Origin: an uncultured Oscillospiraceae bacterium
Lineage (GTDB): Bacteria > Bacillota > Clostridia > Oscillospirales > Oscillospiraceae
Direction of reading: 5' to 3'
Length of the DNA stretch: 64,000 bases
Assembly: GCA_947632005.1 (NCBI GenBank)
Contig: CANRNU010000003.1
Span: forward strand, 27,773 to 91,772
The notes under the pieces are model-generated. The model saw only the letters and a program-made list of their open reading frames with translations. It was not told where the DNA came from and searched no databases. Shown piece by piece: positions 40,510 to 48,349 of this stretch (the first letter of the stretch is position 1; each line of letters begins with the position of its first letter). Made by a program: the position numbers and the translations under genes.

Positions 40510-43068
40510 ATGAAGAATATCACCATCGGCGTCCTGGCCCATGTGGACGCCGGGAAGACCACGCTCTCGGAGGGAATGCTGTTCCTGACGGGAAAGATCA
40601 AAAAACTGGGGCGGGTGGACCACCGGGACACGTATCTGGATACCTACGACCTGGAGCGGGCCCGGGGCATCACCATCTTCTCCAAGCAGGCCATCCTGAC
40701 TGCGGGAGAGACCGAGATCACCCTGCTGGACACCCCCGGCCATGTGGACTTCTCCCCGGAGGCGGAGCGGGTGCTGCAGGTCCTGGACTACGCCGTCCTG
40801 GTCATCAGCGGCACGGACGGCGTCCAGGCCCACACCCAGACGCTCTGGCCGCTGCTGGAGCGGTATCACGTCCCCGCCTTCCTGTTCGTCACAAAAATGG
40901 ATGTATCCGGCACGGATGAACGCGCCCTCATGGAGGACATCCAGCGCCGCCTGGGGGAGAGATGTGTGGACTTCTCCGGGGACGCCGCCGCCCGGGACGA
41001 GTCGGTGGCCATGCTGGACGAAGCCGTACTGGACCGATATATGGAGACGGGGGCCGTACCCGACGGGGACATGGTCCGGCTCATCCGCCAGCGGAAGCTG
41101 TTCCCCTGCTATTTCGGTTCGGGGCTGAAACTGGACGGCGTGGAGGAATTTCTCGCCGGGCTGGAGCGATATACGCGCCCCCCTGTCTGCCCCGCCGCTC
41201 CCTTCGCCGCCCGGGTCTACAAGATCGGCCGGGACGGCCAGGGAAACCGCCTGACCTGGCTGAAGGTCACCGGCGGCGAGCTCTCCGTACGCATGCCGGT
41301 GCGGTATCTGCCCCTGAACGACCGGTCCCCTGTGGAGGAAAAGATCAGTCAGATACGGCTATACTCCGGCGTGAAATACGACACCGCGGACCGGCTCCCG
41401 GCGGGCCGGGTCTGCGCCGTCACAGGACTTTCCGGCACCTGGCCGGGTCAGGGCCTGGGGGCGGAGACAGACGGGGACGCGCCCTTTCTTGCTCCCGCCA
41501 TGGGATATCGCATCGTGCTGCCCAAGGGCTGTGACCCCCGGGTGATGCTGCCCAAGCTGAAGCAGCTGGAGGAGGAAGAGCCTCAGCTGCACATCCTGTG
41601 GCAGGAGCCGCTGGGAGAGATCCACGTCCAGCTCATGGGCGCGGTACAGATCGAGGTCCTGAAGAGCCTCATCCGGGAGCGGTTCAACGTGGACGTGGAC
41701 ATCGGCGCCGGGCGGGTCCTGTACCGGGAGACCATCGAGGACACAGTGGAGGGCGTGGGCCATTTCGAGCCCCTGCGCCATTATGCGGAGGTCCACCTGC
41801 TCCTGGAGCCCGGCGAGCCCGGCAGCGGCATCCAGCTGGACACGGTGTGTCCGGAGGACGTGCTGGACAGGAACTGGCAGCGGCTGATCCTGACCCACCT
41901 GGAGGAAAAACAGCATGTGGGCGTGCTCACCGGCTCCCCCCTCACCGATGTGAAGATCACGCTCCTGGCCGGGCGGGCCCATCTGAAGCACACCGAGGGC
42001 GGCGATTTCCGCCAGGCCACCTACCGGGCGGTCCGCCAGGGGCTCATGCAGGCCCGGAGCGTGCTCCTGGAGCCCTGCTATGCCTTCCGGCTGGAGGTCC
42101 CTGCGGCCCAGATCGGCCGGGCCATCACCGACATCCGTGTTATGGGCGGCAGCCATGAGAGCCCTGTCCCAGCCGGAGAGATGACGGTGCTGGAGGGCCT
42201 TGCCCCCGTATCCGCCATGGGAGATTACGCCGCCCAGGTGGCGGCCTATACCGGCGGCCGGGGCCGCTTTTCCTGCCATGTGGCGGGGTATCGCCCCTGC
42301 CACGACGCCGAGTCCGTCATCGCGGCCAGCGGCTATGACCCGGAGGCGGACCTGGAGAACACCCCGGACAGCGTCTTCTGCGCCCATGGCGGCGGCTTCA
42401 CGGTGAAGTGGAACAAGGTCCCCGAGTATATGCACCTGGAGAGCGGTCTCAAGCGTTCCGACCCCTCCCCTGTCCTGGACGCCGCGCCCCAGGTCCGGCG
42501 GCAGAATCTGGACATCGACGAGAAGGAGCTGGAGGCCATCATGCTCCGGGAATTCGGCCCCATCCGCCGCAGGCAATATGCCGCCCCGCAGCTCAACAGC
42601 GCCCTCGGCGTGCAGATGCAGGCCAGGAAGACAAAAGAGCACATCATCGTGGACGGCTACAACGTGATCTTTGCCTGGGACAGCTTGAAGCTCCTGGCCG
42701 GACAGGGGCTGGACCTGGCCCGGGAGAAGCTTTTGGATATGCTGGCCAACTATCAGGGATACACGAAAAATGACCTGGTGGTGGTCTTCGACGCCTACAA
42801 GGTCCCCGGCGGCTCCGGCAGCCGGGACAGCCGCGGCAATATCCATGTTGCCTATACCAAAGAGGGCGAGACGGCGGATATGTACATCGAGCGGCTGGTG
42901 AACGACATCGGCAAAAATGAGACCGTTCGGGTGGTCACCTCCGACAGGCTGGTCCAGCTGGGGGCCTTCCGGTCCGGGGTGCTGCGCACCTCCTCCGGGG
43001 AGTTCAAGGCCGAGGTGGACTGGGTCCTGGAGCAGATCGCCCAGGCGGTGAAGCGGACGCAGATGTGA
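40510..43068 (+). CDS. Translational GTPase (EF-G/Tet(M)-like) fused to a C-terminal Rae1/YacP-type NYN ribonuclease domain
   Basis: G1 AHVDAGKT, G2 RGITI, G3 DTPGH, G4 TKMD; EF-G domain IV/V-like blocks. Residues ~709-852 read IVDGYNVIFAW...VVVFDA...ETADMYIE...VVTSD and are colinear with B. subtilis Rae1/YacP. Confidence 0.85.
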   Translation: MKNITIGVLAHVDAGKTTLSEGMLFLTGKIKKLGRVDHRDTYLDTYDLERARGITIFSKQAILTAGETEITLLDTPGHVDFSPEAERVLQVLDYAVLVISGTDGVQAHTQTLWPLLERYHVPAFLFVTKMDVSGTDERALMEDIQRRLGERCVDFSGDAAARDESVAMLDEAVLDRYMETGAVPDGDMVRLIRQRKLFPCYFGSGLKLDGVEEFLAGLERYTRPPVCPAAPFAARVYKIGRDGQGNRLTWLKVTGGELSVRMPVRYLPLNDRSPVEEKISQIRLYSGVKYDTADRLPAGRVCAVTGLSGTWPGQGLGAETDGDAPFLAPAMGYRIVLPKGCDPRVMLPKLKQLEEEEPQLHILWQEPLGEIHVQLMGAVQIEVLKSLIRERFNVDVDIGAGRVLYRETIEDTVEGVGHFEPLRHYAEVHLLLEPGEPGSGIQLDTVCPEDVLDRNWQRLILTHLEEKQHVGVLTGSPLTDVKITLLAGRAHLKHTEGGDFRQATYRAVRQGLMQARSVLLEPCYAFRLEVPAAQIGRAITDIRVMGGSHESPVPAGEMTVLEGLAPVSAMGDYAAQVAAYTGGRGRFSCHVAGYRPCHDAESVIAASGYDPEADLENTPDSVFCAHGGGFTVKWNKVPEYMHLESGLKRSDPSPVLDAAPQVRRQNLDIDEKELEAIMLREFGPIRRRQYAAPQLNSALGVQMQARKTKEHIIVDGYNVIFAWDSLKLLAGQGLDLAREKLLDMLANYQGYTKNDLVVVFDAYKVPGGSGSRDSRGNIHVAYTKEGETADMYIERLVNDIGKNETVRVVTSDRLVQLGAFRSGVLRTSSGEFKAEVDWVLEQIAQAVKRTQM

Positions 43069-43079
43069 GCTGATCCCCA

Positions 43080-43860
43080 CGTGAGATATACCGCGCTGAT
43101 AAGAGAACGATAGATCGGGATTTGCCTATTTAATATCCTCTACCGATTTCAGTAATTCCGTCTACTACGATTTTATTATCTAAAAAATCAACATCTTTTA
43201 CCAACAGCCTCATTTCCTTTCATCCCTTTGCAATTTGCCAACAAAAACGTATCTAAAATCTTTTTTGCTTCATCGTATTGAACTGTGTTGCTACAACAAA
43301 AATATATTCTCTCTAAATTTTCTTCCAAACTTCGAATTTCACTTTCTAAATTTCTATCATTTTCAAAATACAATGTAGATAGGCTATTCATTAACTCTAC
43401 GATATCAATTTTATGGTTCAGAAAACCATGAATTAAAACTTCTATTCTCTTAATGTGAATCACCTTCTTTTAAAATGGTTTTGGTTTATTTAAGAAATCT
43501 GCCCACATAGTATTACCCATTAACCGATCCACCATATGATGTCTGTCCCAAGCTGCTACTATTTGCTTTTCTTAAATTTATCAAACAGTCCCATACTAAA
43601 GTCCCTTTCATAAATTAAGCATGATTGTTTAACCGCAGTCTGTCCGATGCTTATTATTATACACCCGAATTGTGAAGAAATCTACCGAATACAGCAGTTT
43701 TCCCAGTAATACTACCAGCTGTTTATCATGGGGGCTGTTGTGTTTAGTGTATTATTTTTCAAAAAAGTAAAACATAGAAAACTGTATATTATCGGAATTG
43801 CATTAAGCAGTTTAGTGTTCTATTTTATTTTTCCATGGTAGCGTATCTTCAAAAATTCCC
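43080..43860. other. AT-rich islet (about one third G+C on hand-counted lines, versus ~60-65% in the flanks)
   Basis: Abrupt composition change right after the stop at 43068. Contains one weak 91-codon ORF and several short ORF fragments. No integrase or direct repeats seen. Confidence 0.7.
43188..43463 (-). CDS. Hypothetical small helical protein (possible orphan immunity-type protein)
   Basis: 91 codons, GTG start, AT-rich codon usage unlike the host. A 33-codon ORF fragment ends 6 nt upstream (stop at 43470-43472). No family recognised with certainty. Confidence 0.35.
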   Translation of the reverse strand: MIHIKRIEVLIHGFLNHKIDIVELMNSLSTLYFENDRNLESEIRSLEENLERIYFCCSNTVQYDEAKKILDTFLLANCKGMKGNEAVGKRC

Positions 43861-43867
43861 ATTTGCC

Positions 43868-43998
43868 GCGCCGAAGGCGCACATTATTGACGGCTCCCTT
43901 GTGCAAAGGGAGCTGGCAGCGCGAAGCGCTGACTGAGGGATTGTAACAACCCCTCCGAGCGCCGCAAGCGGCGCCCACCTCCCCTTGCACAGGGGAGG
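43868..43998. repeat. Array of six consecutive short GC-rich hairpins (candidate REP/MITE-like element or structured leader)
   Basis: Hairpins at 43868-43880 (GCGCC-GAA-GGCGC), 43891-43915, 43917-43931 (CAGCGC-GAA-GCGCTG), 43935-43955, 43959-43974 (GCGCCG-CAAG-CGGCGC) and 43978-43998 (CCTCCCCT-TGCAC-AGGGGAGG). Confidence 0.6.
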
Positions 43999-44052
43999 CT
44001 TTGAACTGGCGATGACTTCCCTGTCAGAGCGGTGTTAAGAGAGAAAAGCAAG

Positions 44053-44799
44053 ATGGATAAAGAGCTTGAAAAGCGTATAGAAGAACTGGCCGCCCGGTGC
44101 GAGAAAAACAGCCTCGTCACCGCCACCGGTTTTCTCACCATGGCAGAACAGCTGGAGGTCTCCGCCTGGGCCAGGCATCTGGACGGGGTGACGCTGCATC
44201 TGGACGGCGGGAACGCCGCCTGTGAACGCAAGTGCGCCTTCTTCCTGCCCTATTACCTGGATGAGGGGGATTTTGACCCGTCGGAATATATCTGTGCCCT
44301 CCGGGTGACTGCCTATTTCGGCCAGCCCTCCCACCGGGACTATATGGGTGCGGCCCTGGGGCTGGGTATCCGGCGGGAGTGGATCGGGGATTTCTGGGTA
44401 GACGCGGACACGGCCTATATCTTCTGCCTGCCCACGGTGGAGAGGCTTCTTCTCGACGAGCTCAAACAGGTCGGTCGCTGTACGGTCAGGAGCGCCTCCA
44501 TCCCCCTTCCCGACGTGCCCGCGCCGGTGCGGAAGGTGAAAAAGGTCACCTTCACCGTCAAGAGCCCGCGGCTGGATGCGGCGGCAGGCGGCATGTTCGG
44601 TATCTCCCGGACCGCCGCGGCGGAACTCATCCGGGCGGGCGCGGTGCACCTCAACTATGTCCAATGCCTGCGCACGGACGCGCCGGTGGCGGTGGGAGAC
44701 GTGATCTCCGTCCGGGGCAAGGGAAAGGGCGCGGTCACCTCCCTCGGCGGACGCTCCCGAAAGGACCGGACCTTCCTGGAGGCGGAGATCTATCTCTGA
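44053..44799 (+). CDS. ylmH: YlmH-family S4-domain RNA-binding protein
   Basis: Colinear with B. subtilis YlmH: FL.M.EQ..., ERK.AFFLPYY, HRDYMGAALGLGIRREWIGD, SPRLDA..., and a C-terminal S4 (SR..A.ELI..G.V.LN.......V..GD.ISVRG.GK). Start at ATG 44053. Confidence 0.85.
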   Translation: MDKELEKRIEELAARCEKNSLVTATGFLTMAEQLEVSAWARHLDGVTLHLDGGNAACERKCAFFLPYYLDEGDFDPSEYICALRVTAYFGQPSHRDYMGAALGLGIRREWIGDFWVDADTAYIFCLPTVERLLLDELKQVGRCTVRSASIPLPDVPAPVRKVKKVTFTVKSPRLDAAAGGMFGISRTAAAELIRAGAVHLNYVQCLRTDAPVAVGDVISVRGKGKGAVTSLGGRSRKDRTFLEAEIYL

Positions 44800-44875
44800 T
44801 CACGAAAAAAGCGTCCCCTGGCCTTGTTGGCCGGGGGACGCTTTGCGTGCGTGTATCAGACGCCATGGACAGGCG

Positions 44876-47800
44876 TTAGGAGGCGAGCCGGGCGTTCACT
44901 TCCGCCGCGATCTTTCCCATGCGCTCATAGAGATATGTGCCGGGGCAGGATTTGTTGGCGTAGTCCCGGTGCACGGTCATATTGCAGCCGTTCAGATGGT
45001 TGACCCGCTCGTTCTTGCTGGTTGACCACACCAGCTTCTCAATGCCGTTTCGCTGGCAGATATCGGTCACGAGGTCGATCATGACAGCGTACACCTCATC
45101 CGTTACCGCATAGGGCTCCGAGGTACCGCTCGCCACCTCGATGGTGATGGCTCGGTTATCATTGTCCCGGTTGGAGGAGCACCAGGAGCAGTCCTTCTCC
45201 TCCACGAACATCCCTACACGGCCATCCGTGCCGATGCCGTAATTGGAAGAGGCCTTCCGGGAGACGGGCGAAAAGCTCTCTCCCAGCTTTTCTACGCTCC
45301 ACAACTCGGCGGTGCAGTGGATCGTGATGGTATCGATGACATTTTTCCGGTCCTTGTCCCGGTTCGGGCTGATCCTGGTATAGGCCACCAGCGGGCTGTT
45401 GGTAAACACCATCGTCTTCCAGGTGTTGGAGCGCACGCTCGCCGTCCCGGTCTGCGAGACAGCCTGGACCGCAAAGGCGTATTTCGCCTTGCTGTCGGCT
45501 CCCGTCATGGTATAGCTGGTCTGCCCGGTCTCCGCCAGCTGCGACCACGCGCCGGAATCCATCTGGTAATAGATCCGGTACTTGGCCGCGCCGCCCACTG
45601 CGCTCCATGTCAGCTTGAATCCTCCGGACACATTGGCCACCTTGGTCAGCGTCGGCGCGGCGACGTAGCAGAAGCGCACGCCGGTTTGGTCGTAGGCGCT
45701 GGTAAAGCTCTTTCCGTCACTGCTGACGCACCGGACTGTGAAGGTATACTCCGTGCCGCTCTTGGCCCCGGACCAGGTATAACTGGTCTTGGTGGTATCG
45801 GCGATCTTGGTCCAGCCGCTTCCGCTCTTATAAAACAGCCGGTACTTGACCGCGCCGGAGACCTTCCCCCACTTCACCGTCACGCCGGAGGAGGCCGCCT
45901 CCACACCGCTGATGGCCGGCTGCTCCACAAAGGTGATCGTCTTGCCGGCAGTATTGTATCCGCTGGTGTAGTTCCCGGCAGCATCGATGCACCGCACCGT
46001 GAAGGTGTAGCTCTTGCCGCTGGCGGCGGCCATGGTATAGCTGGTGCCGCTCACATCGGCCAGGGTCTCCCAGCCCTTCGATGTCTTCAGAAAGACCCGG
46101 TACTTCACCGCGCCGCTCACCGCCCCCCAGCTCACCGTGACGCTGTCCGTTCCGTGGGCCACAGAGACAGCCGGCGTCGCCAGGAGCTTATAGCTCACCC
46201 CCACCAGGTCATAGTTGCTGGTGTAGCTCTTGCCGCTCTTGGAGATGCAACGCACCGTGTAGGTGTACTCCGTGCCGGCCTTAGCCTTCGTCCAGGTGTA
46301 GCTGGTCTTGGTGGTATCGGCGATCTTCTTCCAGCCGCCGTCGCCGATCTTGTAAAATACCCGGTACTTCACCGCCCCGGGCACCTTCCCCCACGTCACT
46401 GTGACGCCGGTCGCGGCAGGACTGACGCCACTGAGCACCGGCGTGCTGATATAGGCGATGCTCTTGCCCTTGGTGTTGTATCCGCTGGCGTAGTCCCCGG
46501 TCTCATCCAGGCACCGCACCGTGAAGGTGTAGCTCTTGCCGCTGGCAGCGGCCATGGTATAGCTGGTCTCCGTCACATCGGCCAGGGTCTCCCAGCCCTT
46601 CGAGGTCTTCAAAAACACCCGGTACTTCGCCGCGCCGCTCACCGCGCCCCAGCTCACTGTCACCTTGTCCACACCACCGGTCACCGTGACGGAGGGCATC
46701 GCCAGGAGTTTATAGCTCACCCCCACCGGGTCATAGTTGCTGGTGTAGCTCTTGCCGGTCTTGGAGACGCATCGTACTGTGTAGGTGTACTCTGTGCCGG
46801 CCTTGGCCTTCGTCCAGGTGTAGCTCGTCTTAGTAGTGTCGGCAATCTTCTTCCACCCGCCGTTGCCGATCTTGTAAAATACCCGGTACTTCACCGCCCC
46901 GGGCACCTTCCCCCACGTCACTGTGACGCCGGTCGCGGCAGAGCTGACGCCGCTGAGCACCGGCGTGCTGATATAGGCGATGCTCTTGCCCTTGGTGTTG
47001 TATCCGCTGGCATAGTCCCCGGTCTCATCCAAACACCGCACCGTGAAGGTGTAGCTCTTACCGCTGGCGGCAGCCATGGTATAGCTGGTCTCCGCCACAT
47101 CGGCCAAGGTCTCCCAGTTCTTCCCGTTTTTCAAAAACACCCGGTACTTCGCCGCGCCGCTCACCGTGCCCCAGCTCACTGTCACCTTGTCCACACCGCC
47201 GGTCACCGTGACGGAAGGCGTCGCCAGGAGTTTATAGCTCACCCCCACCGGGTCAAAATTGCTGGTATAGCTCTTGCCGCTCTTGGAGACGCACCGCACC
47301 GTGAAGGTGTACTCCGTACCGGCCTTGGCCTTCGTCCAGGTGTAGCTGGTCTTGGTGGTGTCGGCGATCTTGGTCCAGCCGCCGTCGCCGATCTTGTAAA
47401 ACACCCGGTACTTCACCGCCCCCGGGAAGCTGTTCCAGCTGATGGTCACACCGGTGGCAGCACTGGTCACGCCGATCAATTCCGGTGCGTCCGGCACGGG
47501 AAGCGCCTGCGCATCCGGCACAGACGCCGCATCCGTCTCGGACGCCGCCGCTGCCTCGACCCCGGCGTCAGAAGCGGCGCCGTCGTCCTCCGGCGCAGGC
47601 ACAGCATCTGTTCCGGTCGACGCCTCCGGCGCAGGCGCAGTCCCGCTCTTGTCAGGCGACGCCACGGTTCCCGGGATCGCTGCAAATTGATATCCATATG
47701 CCAGCGCATAGGACTGCACGGCGGAGCCCGCGCAGCCGTGGATGATCGTGACACCGGGGCGTCCCAGGGAAGAGGCGTCCCCCCGGATCGCACAGGCGGC

Positions 47801-48349
47801 ATTGGCGACAACGATATCCCGCAGGCCCGTGTCGCGGAAGACCCCCTCGCTGACCCTTACGACGCTGTCCGGCAGTTCGACGCTCGTCAGCGCGGCACAG
47901 CCGCTGAAAGCATAGGCGCCGACAGCCGTCACACCGCTGTCGATGACCACGTTTCTGATCCGGGCCCTGTACACATACCAGGGCTGGCCGCTGCCCTCGG
48001 GAGCGGAGTCGGGGCGGTATTCTGCCATCGCCCCATGCCCGGAGATACGCAGGGTCCCGTCGGAAAAGGACCAGGCTACATCGCCCGTCGTGCCCGATGT
48101 TCCGGCGTCCGTCCCAGACCCCGGCATGGCGCTGCCGGACCCGGTCTCCTCCGCCGGCTCCACCAGCTGCTCTGCATCGCTGGACACCGCCGTCACAGCA
48201 GCCGGCGCCTCTTCAGCGGGCGCAGCCGCCTCCACGGACTGACTCGCTTCGGCGGGCACTTCCGGGCCGTCGTCAGCCGCAAACACCGGGACCAACAGCG
48301 AAAGCACTGTCAATACCGCCAGCAGCAAGCTCAAACACCGCTTCTCCAT
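44876..48349 (-). CDS. Secreted multidomain cell-wall hydrolase: signal peptide, BspA-type leucine-rich repeats, 8 Ig/FN3-like repeats, C-terminal N-acetylmuramoyl-L-alanine amidase (Amidase_2)
   Basis: MEKRCLSLLLAVLTVLSLLVPVFA; LRR-like AFSGCAALTSVELPDSVVRVSEGVFRDTGL; eight ~87-aa repeats (..GV(T/K)V.W..V.GA.KYR(V/L)F(Y/L)K...); C-terminal ...ITIHCTAE...ITIEVA...HRDYANKSCPG. Confidence 0.88.
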   Translation of the reverse strand: MEKRCLSLLLAVLTVLSLLVPVFAADDGPEVPAEASQSVEAAAPAEEAPAAVTAVSSDAEQLVEPAEETGSGSAMPGSGTDAGTSGTTGDVAWSFSDGTLRISGHGAMAEYRPDSAPEGSGQPWYVYRARIRNVVIDSGVTAVGAYAFSGCAALTSVELPDSVVRVSEGVFRDTGLRDIVVANAACAIRGDASSLGRPGVTIIHGCAGSAVQSYALAYGYQFAAIPGTVASPDKSGTAPAPEASTGTDAVPAPEDDGAASDAGVEAAAASETDAASVPDAQALPVPDAPELIGVTSAATGVTISWNSFPGAVKYRVFYKIGDGGWTKIADTTKTSYTWTKAKAGTEYTFTVRCVSKSGKSYTSNFDPVGVSYKLLATPSVTVTGGVDKVTVSWGTVSGAAKYRVFLKNGKNWETLADVAETSYTMAAASGKSYTFTVRCLDETGDYASGYNTKGKSIAYISTPVLSGVSSAATGVTVTWGKVPGAVKYRVFYKIGNGGWKKIADTTKTSYTWTKAKAGTEYTYTVRCVSKTGKSYTSNYDPVGVSYKLLAMPSVTVTGGVDKVTVSWGAVSGAAKYRVFLKTSKGWETLADVTETSYTMAAASGKSYTFTVRCLDETGDYASGYNTKGKSIAYISTPVLSGVSPAATGVTVTWGKVPGAVKYRVFYKIGDGGWKKIADTTKTSYTWTKAKAGTEYTYTVRCISKSGKSYTSNYDLVGVSYKLLATPAVSVAHGTDSVTVSWGAVSGAVKYRVFLKTSKGWETLADVSGTSYTMAAASGKSYTFTVRCIDAAGNYTSGYNTAGKTITFVEQPAISGVEAASSGVTVKWGKVSGAVKYRLFYKSGSGWTKIADTTKTSYTWSGAKSGTEYTFTVRCVSSDGKSFTSAYDQTGVRFCYVAAPTLTKVANVSGGFKLTWSAVGGAAKYRIYYQMDSGAWSQLAETGQTSYTMTGADSKAKYAFAVQAVSQTGTASVRSNTWKTMVFTNSPLVAYTRISPNRDKDRKNVIDTITIHCTAELWSVEKLGESFSPVSRKASSNYGIGTDGRVGMFVEEKDCSWCSSNRDNDNRAITIEVASGTSEPYAVTDEVYAVMIDLVTDICQRNGIEKLVWSTSKNERVNHLNGCNMTVHRDYANKSCPGTYLYERMGKIAAEVNARLAS
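45405..47480 (-). repeat. Coding tandem repeat, 522-bp unit (two ~87-aa domains) x ~4
   Basis: 46219-46598 versus 46741-47120 aligned by eye: 27 mismatches in 380 nt, with an exact run of more than 70 nt. The outer units are more diverged. Confidence 0.9.

Noticed and set aside
40510-42430. Calling the GTPase a tet(M)/tet(O)-type tetracycline-resistance determinant
   Set aside because: Only the general EF-G/RPP architecture is shared. By eye, similarity to Tet(M) beyond the G domain is modest. The C-terminal nuclease fusion and the chromosomal context argue for a different function. A resistance call would need a phylogeny or an MIC test.
43884-44231. 115-aa minus-strand ORF
   Set aside because: It runs antisense through the ylmH 5' end and the six-hairpin element. 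The translation (…SPSRCLAQAETSSCSAM…RGGGRRLRRSEGLLQSLSQRFALPAPFAQGSRQ) is typical of read-through of GC-rich palindromes.
45405-47480. Regularly spaced repeats, considered as a possible CRISPR or non-coding satellite
   Set aside because: The period is 522 bp, it is in frame, and it encodes conserved protein modules inside one long ORF. There is no short repeat-spacer organisation.
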